Source: Desulfotalea psychrophila LSv54 (lineage in GTDB: Bacteria; Desulfobacterota; Desulfobulbia; Desulfobulbales; Desulfocapsaceae). Taken from it: DNA of 32,000 nucleotides. A program made the position numbers and the translations under genes. The stretch spans positions 2,790,001 to 2,822,000 of the forward strand of contig NC_006138.1 of assembly GCF_000025945.1 (NCBI RefSeq), in the 5' to 3' direction. The notes under the pieces are model-generated. The model saw only the letters and a program-made list of their open reading frames with translations. It had not been told where the DNA came from and did not search any database. The first letter of the stretch is position 1; each line of letters opens with the position of its first letter. Shown here piece by piece: positions 10,118 to 17,696 of this stretch.

Positions 10118-11038
10118 CTATGCCGCAGTATAGATTTTCATCGCTTCATTTACTGTTTTTCCATCCACGGTAATGGCATAAATGGCATTGCACATCCTGA
10201 TAGCCTCTTTAAGGGCCTTTTGATGAATATTTCTGCCGGTTGCATTTCCTGAAGCTCCGCTTACATGAATTTGGTCGTAAAGCCTTTCCAGAAAGCCCTC
10301 GACATCATCGCTTGAACCTCCGGCACAAACCACCTTGGTGCGACCTGCCGCCATGACAGCCTCTTTGAATATCTCTTTTGATGCACAGTCTTCCTTCTTG
10401 GGATAATTCACCTTAACAAAATCGCTGCCCAGACATGCGGCCGCACCAGTGGCGCCCGCAATCAGATGAGGATCTTTCTCATCTGCCACTGCTTTACCAC
10501 GGGGATAGACCCATAAGACGGAGATCAACCCATGTTGATGCGCATGGGAAATAATCTGGGCGGCCTGATGCAGCATCTCGGGCTCATACTCGCTTCCCAA
10601 ATAAACCGTATAGCCCACTGCCAAGATATTTAGCCCGCTGTTTTTACGAAAGTCCACTACCTGCTGAACATCCAGCCATTGATTGCTGAAGGGGTCGGAC
10701 TGGGAGGTTTTGACAAGATTGGTTCTAGAATTCAGCTTTACCAGATAAGGGACATCCGCATAGGAACTACCATATCTGGCAATAAGGCCAAGCTGGGTCG
10801 CAAAAACACCAATATTTGCCTGACTTGCAATCCTGAAGAGATGTTCCGGATTACCGTCATCCGGGTGAATCCCTTCTCCATAAAAATCGCTATTTAAATG
10901 CTCGACTTTCTGATCGCCTGCAAATAGCATCAATCGTCCGCAATTTTGAGTTATCGCCAAATAATTGTGGATATAATTTTCTCTTTCTGCCTTTGGAACA
11001 TCCAATGGCACCAAAATATCATCTTCTTTAAGATTCAT
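10118..11038 (-). CDS. Class I aldolase of the DhnA/FbaB family (fructose-bisphosphate aldolase-like)
   Basis: Family motifs LFAGDQKVEHLN, YLVKLNSRTNL, VGYTVYLGSEYE, VLWVYPRG, SDFVKVNYP (candidate Schiff-base Lys), VVCAGGS and TGRNIHQ. The preferred start is MNLKEDD at 11038, with AGGAG 9 nt upstream. The maximal ORF extends to 11104. Confidence 0.75.
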   Translation of the reverse strand: MNLKEDDILVPLDVPKAERENYIHNYLAITQNCGRLMLFAGDQKVEHLNSDFYGEGIHPDDGNPEHLFRIASQANIGVFATQLGLIARYGSSYADVPYLVKLNSRTNLVKTSQSDPFSNQWLDVQQVVDFRKNSGLNILAVGYTVYLGSEYEPEMLHQAAQIISHAHQHGLISVLWVYPRGKAVADEKDPHLIAGATGAAACLGSDFVKVNYPKKEDCASKEIFKEAVMAAGRTKVVCAGGSSDDVEGFLERLYDQIHVSGASGNATGRNIHQKALKEAIRMCNAIYAITVDGKTVNEAMKIYTAA

Positions 11039-11377
11039 AGCTGCATTCTCCTTTTGAATTCTTTCACTCCTTTTCATCGTGGAGTACAAAGTTTCAAACA
11101 TCAATCTCTATCCTCGGGTCATGGTAGCCCCATATTCCAGACACTTCTGCTCAAAACAGGGCATTCCTCATTGATGAATGGCTTTTCCCCACAGTTTGGG
11201 CAAATACAGTCTCCACTCCTTTGCCGATGCACAGAACATCTACTTCGGTCATGTCAAGACCAGCAATTCCCTTGATACCGTACTCCCTGAACATCTCCGG
11301 ATTGAGACACCTCCCCGGACACTCTATTTTTTAAAAAAATCCATTTTTAAACAGTTAAAATCCAGTATTTTTTTCAG

Positions 11378-12634
11378 TTAACTAATCCGGAAAAGGCTCG
11401 AAGAACTCTGGGGCACGGTAGCCTTATAGAACATCGCCGTATGGTCGGCACGGATGGTATAGGGGACGCCGAAGGGAACAAAAAAAGAACTGCCCTGTTG
11501 CAGATTCAGGCTTAACTCGCCGGAGGTGACGACCACATGGGCATCTCTATTAACATCCACAAGGATGAGAATTTCCGCGCTGTGGTCTGACCCATTTTGG
11601 TGAGGTTGCGCCTCTGTCACCTCGATACAGCGCAGCTCGAACTCGGTAACGGGTGTTTTGAATACCCACTCCCGACTGTCTGGAAGTCTTGTAGGATGAA
11701 GGATCTCAGGCTCAGATCCTGCAAAACTCACATTGTTGAGTAGTTCAGGGACGTCAACGTGTTTGGACGTTAGTCCGCCCCGAATCACGTTGTTGGAGCA
11801 GGCCATGATTTCCATACCCGCTCCCTCCAGATAGGTATGCAGCACCCCGGCCGGCAGGTACATGCCTTCACCCGGTTTGAGATGAACCAAATTCAGCAAA
11901 TAAATGGAAAAAATTCCGCGATCCCGATGGCCTTGCTTTGAATATTCCCGGTCCGCCCGAAGGATCCAAAACTGGCGGTCATCACGAATAAAGGCCTTTT
12001 TACGGTCGGCTTCCGTCAGCCGCTTGATCATGGGTTCTAAAACAGCATCCACACGATCCTGGGAAAGATTCATCAAATGCCCATAAAACGACTTGAGACC
12101 GGCGGAGGTCGGTTTGAAATCCAGCTGCAATGACCGAAACTCCGGAATATCGGTAAGAACTTGGGCGATCTGGACCAATGGCCGAAAGCCTCGTAGGCCA
12201 TAAAAATCGGTGAGAGCAACGATCAGCTCCGGTTTGTGGTTGATGTCGCGGTAGTTGCGGTGCCCGGCAGAACGCGGAATACCAGCGGCATTCTCGCGAG
12301 TAAAACCTTCACGGGCACGCGCCTTCGACGGGTGGACTTGGAGGGAAAGTGGTGCGGCAGCCGATAGAACCTTAAAGAGATAGGGCAGCTTCCCTTGAAA
12401 TTTTCGAGTGACCATCGGCCCCAGGACCTCTTCGGCCGATGTTGTGATCACCTCGTTAAGGGCTACCGATCGATCCTTTACCTCAATTTCGGATGGAAGG
12501 TCGGGGTGAGCACCCATCCAGAGCTCCGCAAATGGCCGCCCTTCCGGATTTTTAACGCCCAGAAGATTGGGAATGAAACTTTTATCTCCCCAGACATAGT
12601 GCTGAATACCAGCTTGTAACGGCATAACACCCAT
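11378..12634 (-). CDS. manA: Mannose-6-phosphate isomerase, class I
   Basis: Strong by-eye match to type I PMI. Shared segments include QHYVWG, FAELWMGAHP, GKLPYLFKVLSAAAPLSLQVHPSK, ENAAGIP....RNYRDINHKPELIVALTDF, LKPGEGMYLPAGVLHTYLEG and EIMACSNNVIRGGLTSKHVDVPELL. The start is placed at MGVMPLQAGIQHYVWG (12634) because the 50 codons upstream in the maximal ORF (to 12784) look transposase-derived. Confidence 0.85.
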   Translation of the reverse strand: MGVMPLQAGIQHYVWGDKSFIPNLLGVKNPEGRPFAELWMGAHPDLPSEIEVKDRSVALNEVITTSAEEVLGPMVTRKFQGKLPYLFKVLSAAAPLSLQVHPSKARAREGFTRENAAGIPRSAGHRNYRDINHKPELIVALTDFYGLRGFRPLVQIAQVLTDIPEFRSLQLDFKPTSAGLKSFYGHLMNLSQDRVDAVLEPMIKRLTEADRKKAFIRDDRQFWILRADREYSKQGHRDRGIFSIYLLNLVHLKPGEGMYLPAGVLHTYLEGAGMEIMACSNNVIRGGLTSKHVDVPELLNNVSFAGSEPEILHPTRLPDSREWVFKTPVTEFELRCIEVTEAQPHQNGSDHSAEILILVDVNRDAHVVVTSGELSLNLQQGSSFFVPFGVPYTIRADHTAMFYKATVPQSSSSLFRIS

Positions 12635-12639
12635 GATGG

Positions 12640-13345
12640 CATCAGGTTCCTGACGATTAATTGCCTTCTTGTAAAGAAGATTTAGCATCGTTTTACGGTA
12701 CTCCTTAAATTTCTCCATCAACTTGACATAATTCAATGTTTTTTTGGGCGATATCTGATTGCAAACAAGATCATACCTGTACAAAGCATCTCTCAGATTG
12801 GCACCGGAGTCAAAACGCGTTCGTTTTAAAATATCCGCATGGGCAATTAAAACGCTCTACCATACCATTAGTCTGATTGGTTTGATCAAACGATGTTTGA
12901 TCTGTAAGGCATTGCAGTCTTTATCAAAAATATGTTTTCCTATCGGTTTTCTTTGGCCTGTAGTATGGAACGCGAAACTTTGGGTGAAGAGAGTGCCATA
13001 CAAGGAGCAAAAGACCATCCAGTGAGAGAAGGAGTGTTTTTCGCAACTCAACTACAACTCTTTCGTACTCTTTTGGCAATGTTGTCTGAAGCTTATAAGC
13101 AGTACGAGATCTATCTTCTACGCTATCACGCTCACACCAAATGCGAACGCTTATCTCAACAATCCCAAGCTCAAGAGCAAGGGTAGGCACTGGTTTATCT
13201 AATTTTTGAATTATTGCGAATTCAAGGCCTTGTGGTCGCATTTGCCTATAGCTTATGGCACAAAAATTCCTTGTAAGAAAAAAAGAGATAAACCACTGAT
13301 AAGAGTCTAGCACTCTTTCACCGCGAATGTCTAAGAATTCCTAAC
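12640..13345 (-). mobile_element. Internally deleted IS481-family transposase relic (copy 2), inverted relative to copy 1 and reading toward manA
   Basis: Minus-strand fragments RPQGLEFAIIQKLDKPVPTLALELGI, WCERDSVEDRSRTAYKLQTTL.KEYERVVVELRKTLLLSLDGLLLLVWHSLHPK, then QTNGMVERFN, F.LRCQSERC / LYRYDLVCNQISPKKTLNYVKLMEKFKEYRK. These correspond to the N-terminal and C-terminal parts of an IS481-group transposase, broken by stops and frameshifts and lacking the central catalytic region. Boundaries are approximate. Confidence 0.65.
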
Positions 13346-13481
13346 AATTGTGTTTTTTCCGGCAGATCATGCCATGGGTGTCGACGATTTCCACAGGAAA
13401 CTGAGGACGGCTATAGGGCTTGCCGGGCGGGGATTGTCACGTTCGGTATTACTAGCGATTATCCCGAAACCGGATACGGGT

Positions 13482-13493
13482 GGGGGGGGGGGG
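13482..13493 (+). repeat. Homopolymeric G12 tract in apparently non-coding DNA
   Basis: Direct reading shows ...cggatacgggt gggggggggggg acggat..., with 12 consecutive G from 13482 to 13493. Confidence 0.9.
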
Positions 13494-13670
13494 ACGGATA
13501 TCTCGAAAGGTGCGCTTTTAATAAGACGGTTTGTTGAAAATCCGGACGAAAATGCCACAAAAAAACACGTATTTCCCTGCCCGGAAGGCCTAAGGACAAT
13601 TACCGGCTATTTCCATCGACTACATCATCATAGAGAGGGGTGGTGAGCCTAGCGGCGGACTTCGGCTGAA

Positions 13671-13805
13671 GCTATCCTTACCCTGATAAGGGTCTAATAT
13701 GTTATCCGGCAAAACCATCAACGGGATTATTTGAAGGCAGTTAAATTTATCAATTACAGTAAGGCCGATGTCTGCGTAAGAGAAGACTATATCCTGTCCC
13801 TTGAG
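13671..13805 (+). pseudogene. Fragment of the 5' region of the 744-aa glycosyltransferase gene (paralogous to about 5637-5802)
   Basis: gctatccttaccct...gttatccggcaaaaccatcaacgggattatttgaaggcagttaaatttatcaattacagtaaggccgatgtctgcgtaag aligns by eye with gctatgcttaccct...gttatccgccagaaccatcaacgggattatttaaaagcggttaaatttatcaattacagcgaggccgatgtttgtgtaat (5637 onward). The fragment has an internal deletion of about 35 nt and then joins directly to the hairpin copy. Confidence 0.7.
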
Positions 13806-13811
13806 CGCTAT

Positions 13812-13853
13812 GGTGATCCGTTGCGAAAGGTTACCTTTGGGCAACGGACCACC
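13812..13853. terminator. Second copy of the long stem-loop (12-bp stem with one mismatch) downstream of the GH130-domain gene
   Basis: GGTGATCCGTTG (13812-13823) pairs with CAACGGACCACC (13842-13853). Same sequence family as 9722-9772, with a shorter loop. Confidence 0.5.
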
Positions 13854-13864
13854 GAATAACATCC

Positions 13865-15334
13865 TCAACCATTTAATAATTTAGCCAAAAGATCATCCAC
13901 AGATACCGACGCAAAGCCCGAGGCAGAATCGGACATCCCGTACGGTATAATCAGCATATCGTTATGAATAATCGCTCCGCAGGAATAGACGACATTGGGC
14001 ACATACCCTTCTCTTTCCTCCGCATTTGCCATCAACAACGGCTCCCGGAGTTGACCTATAATTTGGGAGGGATCTTCCAAATCCAGCAGTACAGCCCCCA
14101 AAGAATACCTTCTCATGGGACCCACCCCATGGGTGAGCATCAGCCACCCTTTTGCGGTTTCCATGGGAGAGCCACAATTGCCCAGTTGAATAAATTCCCA
14201 GGGATATTTAGGCTCTTGTATTTTTTGAGCATCATGCCAGACATGAATGTCATCGGAAAACATAAGGTAGTTATTCACCCCATCGTGACGGGAGATCATG
14301 GCATATTGCCCCTTAATTTTTCTCGGGAAAAAGGCCAGATTTTTATTTTGGGTATACTTACCGTGGATCGGGAATACCTGAAAATGATAAAAATCTTTTG
14401 TTTTAAGGCATTTTGGTAAAATACTATATCCGTTATACGCCGTGTAGGTTGCAAAATAGGTAATACTGCCGTCATCATCCATGAATTTGACGAATCGCGC
14501 ATCTTCAATACCGTTGCGTTCATGGGCCGAGACAGGAAAAATAACGCGTTCCGAGATAGCAGTATCCAGTGAAAAACTGATTTCATAATGAGAACTGGCC
14601 AGCCAGTTTATCGAATCGATCACCATTCTTTTACTATAGCTTAGCTCTATGTTTTCGATGCTTGCGGCAATACTTTCCTGCAATTCACGATAGATGAATT
14701 TATCTCCCAGTTTATCCATAATCGATTCGATGATATTTTTGTGAATATCCATCTCGTGCAATTTTTGCAAAAATTGTTCTTTATCATATACATGGCGTTT
14801 TAAGGCTTCCGGCAAATCAACGAATTGCCCGGCCGAGGCGAAGACCAATTCATTATTTCGGGTAATGACACCGCTTCTGAATACGATGGATGAGATATGC
14901 CCCTCCCCGATCGCCCGAAAACTGACAATAACGCGTTTTTGTCCTTCTTCCAGGTTACCCTGATCGGGATCTGCGACGATGGAAGGATTAAAGAAGGCGG
15001 CCGCCTCAATCGCGTATTCCGATGTAAAGTAGGAACCAATCAGTAATTTTCTTTCTAATGACAAGGAATCCGGAGAAACATGAAAATTCGGCTCCAGAAC
15101 GTCGTACAGTCTATCGTAATTGTCCTCAAAAATTTTTGAGATATTGCGGTGCCGTTTTGAAAAATCCTTCAGTACCTGATTGAACGCCAAATCCACTTCC
15201 TGCTTAGATAAATCCAATACTCGCTTAATTATCGTGTTCGCCCTGTCTTTGTGGCCGGGCATATAAAATCTGGCAATGACCCTTGTGGGGTCTGGATAAA
15301 ATTTTTTCGGCAATCTATTTACGGTTAGTGTCAT
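13865..15334 (-). CDS. Two-domain protein: uncharacterised N-terminal domain of about 290 aa plus a C-terminal GH130-like glycosidase/phosphorylase domain
   Basis: The start is set at MTLTVNRLPKKFYPDP, where AAGAGG lies 7 nt upstream of the ATG at 15334. The ORF-track start at 15448 has no such signal. The C-terminal half contains IEDARFVKF, ATYTAYNG, KNLAFFPRKIKGQYAMISR, GWLMLTHGVGP, YSLGAVLLDLEDP and GYVPNVVYSCGA. Confidence 0.8.
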   Translation of the reverse strand: MTLTVNRLPKKFYPDPTRVIARFYMPGHKDRANTIIKRVLDLSKQEVDLAFNQVLKDFSKRHRNISKIFEDNYDRLYDVLEPNFHVSPDSLSLERKLLIGSYFTSEYAIEAAAFFNPSIVADPDQGNLEEGQKRVIVSFRAIGEGHISSIVFRSGVITRNNELVFASAGQFVDLPEALKRHVYDKEQFLQKLHEMDIHKNIIESIMDKLGDKFIYRELQESIAASIENIELSYSKRMVIDSINWLASSHYEISFSLDTAISERVIFPVSAHERNGIEDARFVKFMDDDGSITYFATYTAYNGYSILPKCLKTKDFYHFQVFPIHGKYTQNKNLAFFPRKIKGQYAMISRHDGVNNYLMFSDDIHVWHDAQKIQEPKYPWEFIQLGNCGSPMETAKGWLMLTHGVGPMRRYSLGAVLLDLEDPSQIIGQLREPLLMANAEEREGYVPNVVYSCGAIIHNDMLIIPYGMSDSASGFASVSVDDLLAKLLNG

Positions 15335-15772
15335 TATTACCTCTTTTGGTGATTGATTATAATCGTTCGCCATGGATTTCCACAAAACTGTATGGGCCTT
15401 TCTTATTATAAATTGGAATTTTTTGAGAATCAACAAGCAATTATCCAAAAAACAACTGGCAAAATCAGCAAGAAGGGGCTCGTCATGCTGCTGCCTCCCT
15501 CCCCATGGTTAGTACCAAAGGACATGGTAGAGGAGGTGGGCTGTCGAGTGGTAACCATAGGGGAGGAGGCAAAGACAACGACCATGCAAGCCGTACAGAT
15601 AGTTCAGAACCTTCGGATAACCAAGGTCACAAAGGCAACGGAGTCAACCTACTAAAAATTATTCTGAAAGACGGCGAACTTTTCTCTTTAAAAGATGTTC
15701 GTACAAGAAGTTGAGTTGGATCGTCTCAATATATCCAGAGCGGCGGACAAGGTTCTAGATCGTCCTCTTTAA

Positions 15773-16262
15773 AAGGCTCTAAGTAACCTCATTGGCCTCC
15801 CCAACATCACCCATGCAGACCTTAACGCGCTGACTGAAGAAGAACTTAAAGAGCTGGAAGCTATTTCGACAAAGGGAGGAAGAACTACTCGAACCGTTTT
15901 GTACGCAAGAGCACTCCTATTGCTTGATGCTGGTGAGTACAGACCAAAATGGATTGGAGCAAATATTGCAGAAGTGCTTGGGGCGACAACTCGTGGTCTA
16001 CGAATATCTGAAAAAACGGTTTGTTGAACAGGGAATTTCAATTGCTCTTGAGCACAAGAAACGACTAAACCCACCCAGGGAAATTCAATTTGGCGGATAA
16101 GTTGAAGCTCATCTATTGATACTTAAGTACCTAAGACTCCAGAAGTAGGGAGCGGCAGTGTCTCGCAGGTCGCATTGCCTGTTGATCTGCTGAGAGACAG
16201 GATTGCTGCCTGGAGTATCGATCGAAATAATCGGCAAACAAAAGTTGACTGGCATTATCCTG
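15773..16262 (+). mobile_element. IS630-family transposase relic: frameshifted N-terminal HTH part plus a short C-terminal tail, with the core deleted
   Basis: Translation gives LTEEELKELEAISTKGGRTTRTVLYARALLLLDAGE....IAEVLG. After a frameshift it continues LKKRFVEQGISIALEHKKRLNPPREIQFGG*, a typical IS630 N-terminal HTH layout. A later fragment, LLRDRIAAWSIDRNNRQTKVDWHY (16184-16255), resembles the IS630 C-terminal end. No DDE core lies between them. Confidence 0.6.
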
Positions 16263-16264
16263 TA

Positions 16265-17365
16265 CTAGGCACCAAGCAGGCGGACAATGTCCTGCCTGCT
16301 CTTCTCTATATGCTCCAATACCTTGCGCGGCCCTGCCGAAAAGCCATGACGAGCCAGGGCCTGCCAGTCACAGAGACGTTGTTCCTCTCCCTGACAGCCC
16401 GCCTCCCCTCTGAGCAGATAACAGTGAAACTGGACCCGGTACTTGGTATAGGCATGCTTCACCGTCACCATGGGTTCTAGCACTCTGTTTTCCGACGGGA
16501 GTAAGCCAAGAAGACGGGTAATTCCCACCTCCACTGCCTCCTCCTCCTGAAGATCCGTATGAGGAAACTCCCACAGGCCCTGCCAGAGGGTGGGATGCCG
16601 ACTCGGCTGAATAAGCAGGCGCCCCTCAGATACCTGAAATATGGCCACCCGCCTTATATGAATAAGCTTTTGCTTAGGTAGCGGCACCGGTCTGAGCTGA
16701 ACGGTCTGCCGGGCAAAGGCCAGGCACATTTCCTGGATAGGACAGAGGGTACAACGAGGAGCCCGAGGCAAACAGACCAATCCTCCCAAATCCATAAGGG
16801 CCTGATTCCAATGACGGGCCCTACCAGAGGGCAAACAGTCGCAGGCCACCTTCTCAATGGCACGCGCCACCTGAGTCTCCCTTACCGGCCTATCAATATC
16901 GAACAGACGGGAGAAGATACGGGCAACATTTGCATCAATGGTGGGAATATCAATATTGCAGGCAACAGAACCGATAGCCGCGGCAGTGTAGGGACCAATC
17001 CCCGGCAGAGAGCGAAGCAGATCAATATCGCAGGGCAATTCTCCTGCAAATTCCTCAACTATTTTCTTGGCGGCCCTGTGCAGGTTACGGGCCCGGGCAT
17101 AATAGCCCAAGCCCTCCCACATTTTAAAGATCTCCTGCTCATCCGCCTCGGCGACCGCCTCCACCTGCGGGAAACGCTCTATCCAGCGATTAAAGTAGGA
17201 CACCCCCCGATCCATCTGGGTCTGCTGTAGCATAATCTCTGAAATCCACACATGATAGGGATCATAGGTCTGACGCCAGGGAAGGAATCGATCCTGCAAC
17301 CTAAACCAGGTAAGAAGCTGAGACTGAAATCTATCCAGATCAGCCCCAAGAGAATAGTCCGTCAT
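16265..17365 (-). CDS. mutY: A/G-specific adenine DNA glycosylase
   Basis: 366-aa ORF containing LPWRQTYDPYHVWISEIMLQQTQ and the HhH-GPD element LPGIGPYTAAAI. It also has the 4Fe-4S cluster loop CLPRAPRCTLCPIQEMC and a C-terminal NUDIX-like domain (LWQGLWEFP). Confidence 0.9.
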   Translation of the reverse strand: MTDYSLGADLDRFQSQLLTWFRLQDRFLPWRQTYDPYHVWISEIMLQQTQMDRGVSYFNRWIERFPQVEAVAEADEQEIFKMWEGLGYYARARNLHRAAKKIVEEFAGELPCDIDLLRSLPGIGPYTAAAIGSVACNIDIPTIDANVARIFSRLFDIDRPVRETQVARAIEKVACDCLPSGRARHWNQALMDLGGLVCLPRAPRCTLCPIQEMCLAFARQTVQLRPVPLPKQKLIHIRRVAIFQVSEGRLLIQPSRHPTLWQGLWEFPHTDLQEEEAVEVGITRLLGLLPSENRVLEPMVTVKHAYTKYRVQFHCYLLRGEAGCQGEEQRLCDWQALARHGFSAGPRKVLEHIEKSRQDIVRLLGA

Positions 17366-17369
17366 AAAA

Positions 17370-17696
17370 TCAAATACCTAAATAGCGGCCCAGGGCAACA
17401 AGACCCATACCGACGATAACAGTAAGACAAAGACTTTTGGTCTTTATAGCCACAGGAAAGGCGATAAGAGAGGACCAAAAGAAGAGATTACTAAAGGAGA
17501 GGTCAATCGACTTTTCCGGACAGAGCAGGGCCGGCACCAACATGGCGGCAAGAATTGCCGGCGGCACAAGACGGAGCCAAGAGACAAAAAGAGGGGGGAG
17601 ACTTCGCCCACTGAGAAAAATAATGGGCAGGCAACGGGGAATATAGGTCACCACTGCCATACCCAAAATGGTTAAGAAGATTTCTGTTTGATCCAC
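17370..17696 (-). CDS. azlD: Branched-chain amino acid exporter small subunit (AzlD family)
   Basis: 108-aa hydrophobic ORF directly downstream of azlC and overlapping it by 25 nt. It has an AzlD-like N-terminus, LTILGMAVVTYIPRCLPIIFL. An alternative internal start is possible. Confidence 0.7.
   Translation of the reverse strand: MDQTEIFLTILGMAVVTYIPRCLPIIFLSGRSLPPLFVSWLRLVPPAILAAMLVPALLCPEKSIDLSFSNLFFWSSLIAFPVAIKTKSLCLTVIVGMGLVALGRYLGI

Noticed and set aside
13350-13646. 98-aa plus-strand ORF (and the 63-aa antisense ORF at 13367-13558).
   Set aside because: It reads through the G12 tract as poly-Gly. It has no Shine-Dalgarno motif and no recognisable domain, and it sits in a region of relics.
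13620-13868. 82-aa minus-strand ORF.
   Set aside because: It is antisense to the decayed fragment of the glycosyltransferase gene and runs through the duplicated hairpin, so it is an artefact of the relic.
15353-15714. ORFs 15353-15655 and 15505-15714 (+), the latter Gly/Arg/His-rich.
   Set aside because: Their sequence is low-complexity and they have no RBS. The first overlaps the 5' end of the GH130-domain gene in antisense. They are located between a gene start and an IS630 relic. I could not link them to any family.
16175-16480. 101-aa plus-strand ORF overlapping the 3' end of mutY.
   Set aside because: Only its first 28 or so codons (the IS630 C-terminal-like fragment) look meaningful. 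The remainder is antisense to the well-supported mutY gene.
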